From the human T2T-CHM13v2.0 reference genome, Homo sapiens: DNA of 64,000 nt. This document shows, one piece after another, positions 39,740-62,388 of this stretch. Numbering within the stretch: the stretch's first letter is position 1; each line of letters begins with the position of its first letter. The notes beneath the pieces are model-generated. The model was given only the letters and a program-made list of their open reading frames with translations. It did not search any database and was not told where the DNA came from. The DNA lies in assembly GCF_009914755.1 (NCBI RefSeq), contig NC_060947.1. One strand, 5' to 3'. The position numbers were made by a program, and so were the translations under genes.

Positions 39740-40940
39740 CTCTGAGGACACTTTGTCAGTCTCTGGGGACACTTTTGGTTGTCTGGATTGTGGAGTGAGG
39801 GTGCTTCTGGTCGCTGGTGGGTGAAGCCCAGGGACACTGCTCAACACCCTACAGTGCACAGATCAGCCCCACCAGAGAGAATCGTCCAGTCCCATGTGTC
39901 GGAAGTACCAGGGCTGAAAGACACTGCCTGAGGCTGAGACAATCTCTGTTTGTCTATCTATCACCTATCAGTGATCTATCAGTCAATTATCTACCTATTA
40001 ACTGTCTATATCAATTATCTGTCATACCTATCAATCAGCTATCATTAATCATCTGTCTATATCAATTATCCATCATACCTATCAATCAACTATCTATCAT
40101 CAATCATCTATCTATACTAATTATCCATCATACATATCAATCAACTAACAATCATCAATCATCAAGCATCTATATCAATTATCCATCAAACCTATCAATC
40201 ATATATCATCAATCATCTATCTGTGTGAATTATCCATCATACCTATCAATCAGCTATCAATCGTCAATCATATATCAATTATCCATCATACCTATCAATC
40301 AACCATCTATCAATCATCAATCTATATCAATTATCTGTCATACCTATCAATCATCAATCATCTATCTATATCAATTATCCATCATACTTATCAATCAACC
40401 ATCTATCTATATGAATTATCCATCATATCTATCAATCAACTACCTATCATCAATCTATATCAATTATCCGTCACACCTTTCGATCAGCTATCTATCAATC
40501 ATCAATCATCTATATCAATTATCCATCAAACCTATCAATCAACTATTTGTCAATTATCAATCATCTATATCAATTATGCATCATACCTATCAACTATCAT
40601 CAATCATCTATCTATATGAATTATCCATCATACCTATCAATCAACTACCTATCAATCTATATCAATTATCCATCACACCTATCAATCAACTATTTATCAA
40701 TTATCATCTATATCAATTATGCATCATACCTATCAACTATCATCAATCATCTATCTATATCAATTATCCATCATACCTATCAATCAGCTATCAATCATCA
40801 ATCCTTGATCTATATCATTTATGCATCAATCATCAATCATCTGTATCAATTATCAATCATCTATTTACCTATCAAATCAACTATGTATCATCTTTCATCA
40901 TATCTATCAATTGTCCATCAGTCAGTTATCTACCTGTCTA
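39740..40940 (+). mobile_element. MER20 (39740-39927) followed by a ~1-kb (ATCA/TCTA)n tract
   Basis: ggacacttttggttgtc...ccagggacactgctcaacaccctacagtgcacag. Confidence 0.75.
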
Positions 40941-40990
40941 TTCAATGGTTTGCAAACAGGATGATTTTCTTTTTCTGAGAAGAGGTCTCA

Positions 40991-42533
<1,543 letters not shown>

Positions 42534-43854
42534 TTATTTCAGGATTTCTTTACGTTGCTGTGAAAACCTGGATGTTGGGGGCTCTGTCTGTGTATCGTAG
42601 ACGGAGTTTTGAATTGCTCCAGTGAAACACAAGTATTTTACCTTACGCTGTCAACCTGCTGGGGGAAGCGTGAAGACAGTTTAACCTTCTGGCTCCGGTA
42701 ATCATCTTGTCTCAGAGACCTCGGAGAGCTCCCAGAGCCTGGCTGCCACGGTGGTTCTATATACCCTCCAGCCCTGGCCTGCCTTGGGACACCCCTCTCC
42801 GCCTGCCGGCCCCAGAATTTCCCCACACACGCGGTCATCACAGCCCGAGATGTTTAATGACGGCTTCATGCACCAGGCTATTGCCCTAAACACGGGTGAC
42901 AGGCCAAACACACACTAATTACCTAACTCAATTCAAGCCCGCCTGGCCCCGTGGAAAGGCTGAGCTGGGGATGCACGCAGGTGCCCCGTCGTTACCTCCG
43001 GATGTCAAATTGAAGTGAGGTTTTCCCGCATGAGCGGGGAGAGCTGTTTCTACGCACCAAGATTTCCACGGTTTGCAGGAGAAAGAGTTTTGTGTCTGCC
43101 CTCTGGACAGCCCTGTCAGTTTTATCAAGCGTGTCTGATTAAGGAATATTTAAAGGTATGTGTTCAGAAGCGTTTCTCCCCTTCTTTTGTGTGTGTGTGT
43201 GGCCATGTTTAAAAAAAACAAATGTAAAACCAGTTACAGGCAAAGTAGGCTAGTTTGGTGCTGAAATAACGCCGTCGTTCATGAGCCGGCTTGAATAATG
43301 CAGTTGTTAGAAACCAGCTCTCAAAGCTGTGGGTTGGCTGAGGAGGGTTAGTACGAGGTCCTGACCCCAAACCTGTGTGTATCTGGAGCCGGCGGGAGAC
43401 ATTTGGCCTGGAGTATGAGGCTGGCTGGACCTGGAAGGTCCTCAGCGTTAGAGGGACTGTTTCGGGAAGGTTTTCTGGCAGCTGAGTCCCAATTCCAGGA
43501 GGAAGTAGGCATTGAGTAGATAATTTCAGCTCCCCCATTGAAGCCGTCCAGCCTGCAGAGAAAGATAGCAGTGGCCCCCTGCCCTATCCCGGCAAAGCTG
43601 ACCCCGAGAATGCCCGGGTCACAAGCCCAGGTGGACAGTGTCTCCTTGTGCCTCGGAAGAGAATTCTGCATTAGGAAGGAATCCAGGGGGAATGGGGAGA
43701 AAAGGCCCGAGATACGTGAGCAGAGGTGAGAGCCGTGCCAGGGCTGAGCCACGCTTCAGGAGAGACCAGCTACGTCTCTCTCTGTGTTGGGAGCCGTTGG
43801 GTAAAGCGGGGACTTCTGGGTGAGCCAACATTACAGACTTATATGGGGATTTAA

Positions 43855-44230
43855 GGCTCGGTTAAATATGCCCCTCAAAAAAGTTTCCTGACTTTTTTTG
43901 ATACGCCAGTTTCATTATCAGGGGGCTCATCAGCCGGGGACGCGGTGCAGGACGGATGGAAGCCGTGGGCCGTGTCAACTCTACAGGGCTGTATTTCTTT
44001 TTTTTTTTCGTGCTCATTACGATTCTTGGATGTGTGTAATTTACATCTAAATGCACTGACTAATTTTGATCCAATCATGTCAAAAATGATAGGTACTGTG
44101 TGGGAGGAGATGACAGCCGTACCAGCGCGCGTTGCCAGAGTGAGAGTCCCTCGGGGCAATGATTTAATGCCCCCAGTCAGCCGGGCCTGTCAGCTTCGGA
44201 GGCCAAATTATGACACATCATGTCGACGAC
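43855..44230. promoter_or_regulatory. Candidate conserved enhancer
   Basis: Unique sequence with tcattatc, gtaatttac, ctaattttg, tgatttaatg, caaattatgaca and TGACAG. Confidence 0.4.
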
Positions 44231-44469
44231 CGGTCCACACGGAGGCTGCGGTGGGGGGAGCCCTGGTTCACCCAGCACTGTCCTGGCCGACCCCCGGCCC
44301 CGGCTGCCGCCCCGTGCCCCGTCACACACGCAAGATGCAGAGTGGGGAGAAATGATGCGCTAACCCCCCTGTAAAAGAGTCATTTGCATCTGTATTTTTT
44401 ACTCCAGCAAGGGCATGTCAGGTGTTTGCGGGAAGGGCAGGCTGGACGGCCTCCATGCAGCGTGAGCGT

Positions 44470-46275
44470 GTCCGCGTGTGTGTGTGCACGTGTGTCCACA
44501 TGTGTGTGTGGTGTCTGCGTGCCTCTGTGTGTGTCCGTGTGTGCGCACGCGCCCGTGTGTGTGCATCTGTGTGTGGCGTCAGCATGTGTCTATGTGTGTC
44601 CATGTGTGTATGTATGTGTGCATGCATGCACCTGTATGTGTGTCTGTGTGCATGCATGTGAGTGTATGTGTGTGTGTCTGAGTGTGAGCGTGCCTATGCA
44701 CGTGTGTGTGTGCATGTTTCTGTGTGTGCATACGCCCATATGTGTGTCTGTGTGCATGCGTGTGAGTGTGTGTGTATGTTAGTGTGAGGGTGGACGTGTG
44801 CCTATGCACCTATGTGTGTATGTGTTTCTGCATGTCTGTGCATGCATGCACCTGTATGCGTGTCTGAGTGCATGCGTGGGAGTGTATGTGCGTGTCTCAG
44901 TGTGGGCATGCCTATGCACATATGTGTGCACATGTTTCTGTGTGCATATGCTTGCATGTGTGTGTGCATGCATGTGAGTGGATGTGTGTGTGAGTGTGGG
45001 CATGCCTATACACGTGTGTGTGTGCATGTTTCTGTGTGTCTGTATACGCCTGTGTCTTGAGTGTGTGAATGTGCCTATGGACATGTGTGTACATGTTTCT
45101 GCATGTCTGTGCATGCATATGCCTGTGTGTCTGTGTGCATGCGTGTGAGTGTGTGTGTATGTTAGTGTGTGGGTGGACGTGTGCCTATGCACCTATGTGT
45201 GTATGTGTTTCTGCATGTCTGTGCATGCATGCACCTGTATGCGTGTCTGAGTGCATGCGTGGGAGTATGCGTGTCTCAGTGTGGGCATGCCTATGCACAT
45301 ATGTGTGCACATGTTTCTGTGTGCATATGCTTGCATGTGTGTGTGCATGCATGTGAGTGGATGTGTGTGTGAGTGTGGGCATGCCTATGCACGTGTGTGT
45401 GTGCATGTTTCTGTGTGTCTGTGTATACGCCTGTGTCTTGAGTGTGTGAATGTGCCTATGGACATGTGTGTACATGTTTCTGCATGTCTGTGCATGCATA
45501 TGCCTGTGTGTCTCTGTGTGCATGCGTGTGAGTGTGTGTGTGTGTTAGTGTGAGGGTGGACGTGTGCCTATGCACCTATGTGTGTATGTGTTTCTGCATG
45601 TCTGTGCATGCATGCACCTGTATGCGTGTCTGAGTGCATGCGTGGGAGTGTATGTGCGTGTCTCAGTGTGGACATGCCTATGCACATATGTGTGCACATG
45701 TTTCTGTGTGCATATGCTTGCATGTGTGTGTGCGTGCATGTGAGTGGATGTGTGTGTGTGGGCATGCCTATGCACGTGTGTGTGTGCATGTTTCTGTGTG
45801 TCTGTATACGCCTGTGTCTTGAGTGTGTGAATGTGCCTATGGACATGTGTGTACATGTTTCTGCATGTCTGTGCATGCATATGCCTGTGTGTCTCTGTGT
45901 GTATGCGTGTGAGTGGCATTCATGTGTGTGTATTTGCGTGAGGTGGGCATGCCTATGCACGTATATGTGTACATGTTTCTGTATGTCTGTGCATGCATAT
46001 GCCTGTATATGTGTCTGTGTGCACATGTGTTCATATATGTGTGTCTGTGTGAGTGTACATATGCCTATGTACGTACGTGTGTACGTTTCTGTGTATCTGT
46101 GTGTCTGTGCGTGCATCTGCCTGTATATGTGTCTGTGTGTGTGCAAATGTGTCTGTATGTGTGTGTCTGTGTGAATGTGGGTGTGCCTTGTACGTATGTG
46201 TGTACATGTTTCTGTGTATCTGTGTACCTGTGTGTGCATTCGCCTGCATGTCTGTGTGTGTGCATGCATGTCAGT
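44470..46275. repeat. 1.8-kb (TG/CATG)-rich tract with a 383-bp higher-order repeat
   Basis: gttagtgtg.gggtggacgtgtgcctatgcacctatg at 44778, 45161 and 45544. Confidence 0.9.
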
Positions 46276-46902
46276 GAACGTTGGCGGTCCCTCCTCAGAG
46301 CCCCTCTTGCCTGAAGGAAGTGTCACCCCCAGCCCCCCTTTGCTTTGTTTTGCGTCTCGGGAGTGACGTCACTGTCGGCTCCGCAGGATCCTCCCATCCT
46401 TGTTCGTCCTGGGCTTGCGGGATGAGTCTGTCAGGAGCAGACACGCCGTGGTGGGCCGTGCACACGTTTGCACCTGCTCTCAGAAGTCCTTTCCCCGAGG
46501 AGGAGGCTCTGTTGGAGAGAGAGACCCTTGGGCACCTGTGGGCCCTCACTGCTCTCTTCTGAGACTGTGGTACCGGCCATCTCCAGCCCTGGCCCTGGCC
46601 CGGTGACTTCCCCAGGGCACCCCAGGGATGTGCCAAAGGAGGACTCCCCGGGGAGGGTGGGTGAGGTGCGTGCCCGCCGTGCCGAGACGCTCCTGAAGGC
46701 AGAGGCTGCTCAGGAAAGTCGGCTGCTTCCTAATCTCCGTCCGTGCTCACGCAAAGTCCTCGGTCGCCGTCTGCCACACGCTTATTTTATTTGGCAGAAG
46801 TTACAGCTCAGGCAATTTCGTTAGGAAACCTGTTGGGGTTTCTTGGTTCTATGCAGGATGGCTGGTGCTTTAGGAGGAGGTGGGGATTAGAAAGAGTCTT
46901 GA

Positions 46903-48840
<1,938 letters not shown>

Positions 48841-49139
48841 TAGCAGCCACCCGTCTGGGTCCCCACAGTGTTTGGGGAAAGGGATTTGGGGGTGTGGTAC
48901 GCCCTGTGTTCCCCGGCGGGCAGCTGGGGCCGGACTCCCTTCCCGACATCCTGTGTGTTCTCTGCATCTCGAAGTTGTCACGAACTCTCATGGCAACCCC
49001 CTTCTCGTGCTATGGGTTCCGTTTAGCCTCCCTCAGAATTAGCTAAAAACCCACCGGCTTGATTTCTGGCATTTGCAACGGCCGCGCTCAGGAAACCTCC
49101 TGCCTCCTGAAAATGCTCATGCTGGCGGAACGGGAAGGC

Positions 49140-49290
49140 AAATAGGAATCCGTGGATGATAAATGGGCGTTTTAAGCAGCAGTTTACTTAATATCCCTAT
49201 TAAACGAGACTCTTTGCATTAATCACTTCATTCTCCAGCAGTCTATAAGGCCCTTTAATTGCTTCTTAAATGAGGACTGAGTTTCCGTCC
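49140..49290. promoter_or_regulatory. Candidate enhancer with Pbx-Hox-type sites
   Basis: tgataaat (49156), attaatca = TGATTAAT on the minus strand (49218-49225), ctttaattg. Confidence 0.35.
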
Positions 49291-49601
49291 AAACTCAATC
49301 TTGGATGGGGAGAGAGAGATGCTAGCCAGGGCTCAGCTGCCCGGCTGCCAAGAACTGTCAGAATTGATCACGTATGTGTTCACGTTTCCTACAGTCTCAT
49401 TGGAGTTCTCTGAGATTGACAGGAGAAAGTATCACATACTTTGTGTGTGTGTGTGTGTGTGTGTCTGTGTGTGTCAGAGACAGAGGGACACAGAGGCCGG
49501 GAGCAGGGGTGTGTAAGTGTGAGGTTCTGAACGCAAAGACAGGCCGTTCTGCTCACAATCCACAGGCCAGCGACCTTGTGGACCATTGCATTATGTATTA
49601 G

Positions 49602-52785
<3,184 letters not shown>

Positions 52786-53093
52786 TGAATTTCATATAAT
52801 ACGTTTTATGTCATTGCAGTGAAAAACAACACAATCCCGGCCCTCCTACGGCCCCCGCCTTCCCTCTGTGTCTGCGGTCTGTACCCTACGAACGCCTAGG
52901 ACGCTAGACGGGATCCCTCCCCACGGAGCTATATAGGAAGGTGAACCCAGTCTGGGGTTCCTGAGCTGCTACGGCTCACTGCTTCCTTTCGGAAATTGGT
53001 GTATTGTCTTTGGAAAATGACTTCACACAAACCTGCTCACAGATATACCCGGTCCCAGATATGCCTAAGTGAGCGGAGACTACCGTGTCCTGA

Positions 53094-54133
<1,040 letters not shown>

Positions 54134-54349
54134 AGCACCTTCTCTTATGCGGTACCTGGAAAGTCCCACATCATGCGAACGTCTCCACCAGGTACCCGGG
54201 AGGTGGCATTCGGGGAATGAGGGGGACCAGGGCTCAGAGCATCCCCAAAGTGGCTTCCTTGCCTCATAGGGTCACCCCCTTAGCCCAGAGCTGGAGGTGA
54301 GTGGGGGCGTGAAAGAGGCATCTTCCCTTCCAGAGGGCGGCAGTGGGGT

Positions 54350-55300
54350 TGAATGGATAACTTTAATCCTGACACACGTATTTCAGAAGACCTACCGCCA
54401 ACTTTCCAGCTATGGGCAGCAGGTGTGATGAACACACGGGCCCCGGTGAGGGCTGAATGGGCCCAGATGGCAGGGGCAGAGAGGTTTGCATTCATTTTAA
54501 TGTTCTCAGAAACTAGGATAAGCACTGGCAGCGGATGGAATGAGGAGAGCTGCATATTCGGTGAACTGTGTTGAAAGCACAGGGTTTTCACGGAAAATAA
54601 ATAATGTCCAATGCAGCTAAAATACCGTGCGCCACCCGTAAGCCGGCGTTTATCCAGAGCTCCGAGTGTCTGTGAGATTTTAAGGAAAAGAAAGGAAGCT
54701 GGAAAAAAAAATAATAATCCAAATGAATCACAGACCAACGATCCCTAAAAGGTTTGCTTTAATAATTTTTTTTTTTTTTTTTTTGTGGCTGTGGAAGATG
54801 ACTCGGATTCAAAATAATGAGGATGTTTATGTCTGCAGTCTGTTCCTCTCTTGAAGATTCAATTCTAAATAATGCAGGTCTCCTAAATGCTAGCAAATAG
54901 TGTCATACACTCCTTTTCACAAAATAGCTTTGACTTTGGGGAAGGCAACTATCATTAACTGGGCACCGGCACCTTTAAGCAAAGGTTTCCTGGAATAACA
55001 GTCAGCTAAGGAAATATAATGAGAGCTATTTCTTGCCCTTCCTGCTCGAAACCGTTGGCTGGAACTCAGCCTGCCCCTCAGCTGAAGCACGTCTGGTTTA
55101 AATTCATACGGCATAGATTTACAATTTTTAAACGACTGGATATGTATTTTTTTTTTTCTACGCTGTTTGCAGACCTGGTGGACACCTGTTGTTTCTGGTT
55201 AGGAAAGGAGGAGATAATTGGATACCAGAGAGAGCCTGACTTCTTGAGCCACCATTTAACCGGCTGATTTCAGCAATAAATTGGAGGGGGGCGGGGATGG
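54350..55300. promoter_or_regulatory. Repeat-free AT-rich segment, candidate enhancer
   Basis: ~1 kb with no recognisable repeat; cattttaatg, aataaataatg, tcattaactg, caataaattgg. Confidence 0.3.
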
Positions 55301-55512
55301 GGAAAAAATAACACCCAAGAAACATTCAGACAGATTTGCAACCACAAAGTCTGTCTCCTTTATTATTTTAATTTTATTATTATTATTACTTTTGCTTTGT
55401 TTAACATAAAAACGATCTAGGCGAGTCCTTCTGGGCTGATGTGTATGTGCTTTTTCCTGCCTGGCTATACTGTAGCTTTATCTAAGGCAAATCGGAGTAC
55501 GTGTAAATAAAT

Positions 55513-56150
55513 TAGTTCAACCATTGTGGAAGACAGCGTGGCGATTCCTCAAGGATGTAGAACTAGAAATACCGTTTGACCCAGCCATCCCGTTACTGGG
55601 TATATACCCAAAGGATTATAAATCACTCTACCATAAAGACACATGCACACGTATGTTTATTGAGGCACTGTTCACAACAGCAAAGACTTGGAACCAACCC
55701 AAATGCCCATCAATGATAGACTGGATACAGAGAATGTGGCACACAGACACCATGGAATACTATGCAGCCACGAAAAAGGATGGGTTCATGTCCTTTGCAG
55801 GGACATGGATGAAGCTGGAAACCATCATTCTCAGCAAACTCGCACAGGAACAGAAAACCACACACCGCATGTTCTCACTCCTAAGTGGGAGCTGAACGAT
55901 GAGAACACAGGGACGCAGGGAGGGGAACATCACACACCGGGGCCTGTCAGTGGGTTGCGGGCCAAGGAGTGGGATTGCATTAGGATGCTATCCTAATGCT
56001 AACAAATATCTAATCCATCCAGGGCTTAACACCTAGATGACGGGTTAATGGGTGCAGCAAACCACCATGAAACATGCACACCTGCGTAACAAGCCTGCAC
56101 ATTCTGCACGTGTATCCCAGAACTTTAAGATAAAATGTAAAAAAAAAAAG
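55513..56150 (+). mobile_element. L1PA 3' end (ORF2 tail, 3' UTR, poly(A))
   Basis: ORF WKTAWRFLKDVELEIPFDPAIPLLGIYPKDYKS...; UTR ends cccagaactttaagataaaa. Confidence 0.92.
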
Positions 56151-56444
56151 TAAATTGTCTTAAACACACTTTTCCCTGTAGCGTATTAAAATGCGTCGGT
56201 TACTGCTTATTAAAAATGTAGGATTTTGAGGATCATTTTTTTTCCTCAAGCACAGAGAGGGCGTTGCTATATTTTCTGATCCAAACTGGGGTATTTTTGA
56301 AGGCGAGGAGGAATATCTCACTACCCAGGTACCCAGGAGCAAAGTGGCCGGGGCTCTGAGACGGCTTGGAGACCCGTTCCACAGACCTTCGTTTTGGGAG
56401 TGGCCGGTTTCCCACACTGTTGGGGTCGATGGACAAATGCCTCA

Positions 56445-57030
<586 letters not shown>

Positions 57031-57634
57031 AAAACATTATAATAAATAAAGCAAAGATGATGACTCTGAACAGGGTTTTTGAGTTCTCAGAGATTCGGGG
57101 TTCTCCCAGCTGGACTGCACCCCAGTGACCATTTTTAAGGCCCTGCCACGTGGACGAGGATCTGTATTCGGTTCTGCGTCTCATCCTGGACGGAGCTGTC
57201 AACATGCCAACATCCGTTTCACATTTCAGCCTTAACGACGCCTTTAAAACATGCACAAGTCGTTTTGTGCAAAAATAAAATAAGTACTCGAAAATGCATT
57301 CAATTATCCTTTTGTAAAATGAAATCGTGCCGGGGTTTTGACAGGTAAATAGATGGGTCTTATTACGCCGGGGATTACGGGTGGAGGTTATTTAGTATTC
57401 GTATTTTATGGTGGTGTTGGAGTCTGCAGAGGACTGGACGTCCTGTTGCTTCATTTCCAGCATCGATTCTTAGATAAGGGACCTCCTCTGAATAATTAAT
57501 ATACTCCTGGTGATAGATGATCCGCACGGTCTGGATATTAGGTTATCAATCACGACCCACTTGTTTTAACGTAATCCTATTGAACACGTGTCAGGAGCTG
57601 TTTACCCAGAGGTGACAGCTACACAGCACCCCCA

Positions 57635-57762
57635 TTTCCAGCCAGAAAATCGTACCATTTCCTTTCCTTCGACTGCCGCTTCCCGACCCCTTTCCCCGTT
57701 TCCGGCCAGAAAATCGTACCATTTCCTTTCCTTAACCTGCCGCTTCCTGACACTTTCCCCCC
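57635..57762. repeat. 64-bp tandem duplication
   Basis: tttcc(a/g)gccagaaaatcgtaccatttcctttcctt at 57635 and 57699. Confidence 0.9.
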
Positions 57763-57764
57763 AG

Positions 57765-59137
<1,373 letters not shown>

Positions 59138-59189
59138 GTAGGGACAGGCTCCTGGGGAAGAGGGGGAAGGAAAGGAGTGGTCTTGGGCC

Positions 59190-60562
59190 CTGTATTGTAG
59201 GAGTTTCTGGGCTTCTAACAACAGCAACTTGTTTTCTCCCAGTCCCGGTGTCCAGGAGTCTGAGATCAAGGTGTAGGCAGGACCACAGTCCCTCCAGAGG
59301 TTCTAGGGGAGGGTCCTTCCTGCCTCTCCCAGCTCCCGGGGGCTCCAGGCTTCCTGGGCTTGTGGCCGCGTCACTCCAGTCTCTGCCTCCGTTCTCCACG
59401 TGGCCTTCTTCTCTGTGTCTGTGTCTTCTCTTCTGTCTCTTACAAGGACACCTGCCATTGCATTTAGGGCCCAGCCTACTCCAGGATGACCTCATCTCAA
59501 ACTTCTTGAGTTAACTGTGTCTGCAAAGACCCTATTTTCAAATAAGTTCTCATTCACAGATACTGGGAGCTTAAAACAACAGAAATTTATCCTCTCCCAG
59601 TCCTGCAGACCAGGAGTCTGAGATGAAGCGGTCTCAGGGCTGAGCTCCCTCCAGAGGCCCTAGGGGAGGGTCCTTCCTGCCTCTCCCAGCTCCTGGGGGC
59701 TCCAGGCTTCCTGGGCTTGTGGCCGCATCACTCCAGTCTCTGCCTCTGTTCTCCACGTGGCCTTCTCCTCTGTGTCTGTGTCTCCTCTTCTGTCTCTTAG
59801 AAGGACACCTGTCAATGGATTTAGGACTCACCTAATCCAGGATCATCTCATTTCGAAATCCTTGACTTAGTTACATCTGTAAAGACCTCATATCCGAATA
59901 AGATTCCATTCATGGGTTGAGGGAGTTAGGATGTAGACATAGCTTTTCGGGGAGACTATGGTTCAACCCATTCCGATTGTATCCAGTTCCTTCTGGAGGT
60001 TCTAGGGGAGGGTCCTTCCTGCCTCTCCCAGCTCCTGGGGGCTCCAGGCATCCCTGGGCTTGTGGCCGCCTCACTCCAGTCTCTGCCTCCGTCTCCACGT
60101 GGACTTCTCCTCTGTGTCTGTGTCTCCTCTTCTGTCTCTTAGAAAGTCACCTGTCATTGCATTTAGGGTCCACCCTCATTCATGATCATCTCATCTCAAG
60201 ATCCTTCACTTAATCACATTTGCAGAGACCCTATTTCCAAACGATATCTCATTCTAGGTTCTGGGCTTTAGGATGTGGACAGATCTTTCTGGGGGCCACT
60301 GTTCAATCCATTACAATTGTATCCACTTCCTTGTAGAGGTTCTAGGGCAGGATCCTTCCTGCCTCTCCCAGCTCCTGGGGGCTCCAGGTGTCCCTGGGCT
60401 TGTGGCCGCATCACTCCAGTCTCTGCCTCCGTCTCCACGTGGACTTCTCCTCTGTGTCTGTGTGTCCTCTTCTGTCTCTTACAAGGACACCTGTCATTGC
60501 ATTTAGAGCTCACCTAATCCAGGATGATCTCACCTCAAGATCCTCAACTTAATTACATCTGC
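59190..60562 (-). mobile_element. Tandem array of four MLT1 (MaLR) LTR units, ~340-357 bp each
   Basis: taggggagggtccttcctgcctctcccagctcc at ~59304, 59661, 60003 and 60343 (4th copy slightly variant); cttaaaacaacagaaattta. Confidence 0.88.
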
Positions 60563-61264
60563 ATGTGTGAGTGGCTTCCCGGAGACACCCCTTTTCTCTC
60601 CCATTCCTTTTTCTTTTTCCCTACCATGGAGGACGAGGACACGCACGCACGGGAACTCAAGTTTCACCCCGTGAGTATTTTAGGCGTGGGGCACTTTCAG
60701 CCCAGGTGTATGAAAATGGTCTCATTAAGGGGACTGCTCGGATGACACATCCAGTGAGGGTGGCATTGCCTGTGTGGCAGTTCAAAGAATCGGAGACAAG
60801 CTCTAGAGAGAGCGAGGACACACACAGGTGCACGCATCACACACACACACGTGCACACGCGGGCACGCACACACAGGTGCACACGGCCATCACCCCGGCC
60901 GCGTGAGAGTGTTGCTTATATCGAAACCGTCTTCAGCCCAGAAGGTCACTCGTGGCAATAATGGTCTCGTTAGACACGCCATCCATCATTCAAATAATCG
61001 CAATTTAGAGCCCGCGTTTCATGCCGGGCTGGTTTAATCACCAGCAGCAGTTTGTGAAGGGCCTCATTCGCCTGGGATTCGGGGATATTGCGTGATTTAG
61101 CAGACGTGACCCCTGACCTCTGCGGGGGGCGGAGAGCCTGCCTTGGAGGCAAAAGCGGAACAGCGAGGGTGACTCACTCAGGGACAATTATTATGCTTAA
61201 CAGCCTCACTGTCATCTTAGAAGGAAAAAGAGCCAAAAAAAAAAAAAAAATCCATAGGATGCTG

Positions 61265-61387
61265 AGCATTCCTTCCAGATCCTTCAGCATTCCTTCCAGA
61301 TCCTTCAGCATTCCTTCCAGATCCTTCAGCATTCCTTCCAGATCCTTCAGCATTCCTTCCAGATCCTTCAGCATTCCTTCCAGATCC
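61265..61387. repeat. 21-bp perfect minisatellite, ~6 copies
   Basis: agcattccttccagatccttc at 61265, 61286, 61307, 61328, 61349 and 61370. Confidence 0.95.
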
Positions 61388-61539
61388 CAGTTTAGAAGAA
61401 GGCAGTGGGGTCGGTTTAAATGCACCCAGCGTGCTCCCGAAGATAATGTTTTTGTTTCTGTAGACGCGGTGGCAGCTTTCTGGCGATTTCTAGGCAATGT
61501 ACAGGAGGAAAGAAAGAAGGAAGGGGAGGGCACGGAGAA

Positions 61540-62388
61540 GCTCCGGAAGGCTGGATGCTTGGGGAAGGAGGTCAGGAGGCAGGACCGGCCGGCCGCCCTC
61601 CAGACGTCCAGATGTCCAGACGTCCAGCCAGCCGGACACCGGTCTGCACCTGTCACAGGTGAGCAGCATTTGTTAGCGACGTCTGCACAGGCATCAGTTG
61701 GGTAAAGGATGTTCCCGTGTTGTACCTGGAGCGAGTTAGAGAAAACGCCACACTTTGAGACGAATTAAGAGTCCGTTTATTTAGCCGGCGGCCAAGAGAC
61801 GGCTAACGCTCAAAGTTCTCTCGGCCCCGAAGAAGGGGCTAGATTTTTTTTTTATACTTTGGTTTAGAAAGGGGAGGGGGATCTAGCGAAAACCATTTTA
61901 CAGAAATAAAGTAGGCAAAAAAGTTAAAAGGATAAATGGTTACAGGGAAGTAAACAGGTGCAGGGCCTTTAAGACTATTACAAGGTGATAGACGCAGGGC
62001 TTCGGGCGTTAGTAATCAGACGAATTCCTGGGAATTGCGGATATAGCTCGCCACAGTATCTTATCAGTTAATTGCATTCTTGGATGTGCTGGGAGTCAGC
62101 TTGCACGAGTTCAGTCCTTGAGGAAGGGGCTGCCAGTGAAAGAGCCATGATGGAGTCTGTCTGGTTCTCTTAGCTAAGGGTGAGTCCATTCAGGTGGAAA
62201 CAAGGCTAGGTGATTGAAGGAAAAGGGAGAGTCTAAAAACAGGGTTAGTAAAAAGGAGGTTGGGCATTACAGGTGAAACCCCGTCTGCCCGAGCCAGCAA
62301 ACGCTGCTCACCCGTGACAGGTGCAGACCCGGTCTCCGGCTGGTCCTGCCTCCTGGCCTCCTTCCCGAAGCATCCAGCCTTCCGGAGC
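61540..62388. repeat. Inverted repeat pair (61540-61677 and 62293-62388) flanking the LTR6
   Basis: gctccggaaggctggatgctt..ggaaggagg.caggaggcaggacc and ggtctgcacctgtcac.ggtgagcagc occur as reverse complements on the right side. Confidence 0.9.
61718..62271 (-). mobile_element. LTR6 (LTR6A/B; HERV-S71/HERV-T-type ERV1) solo LTR, near full length
   Basis: Minus strand reads TGTAATGCCCAACC...TACTAACCCTGTTTTTAGACTCTCCC...CCAAAGTATAAAA...AATAAACGGACTCTTAATTCGTCTCAAAGTGTGGCG...GTACAACA, with TG...CA ends. Confidence 0.85.
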
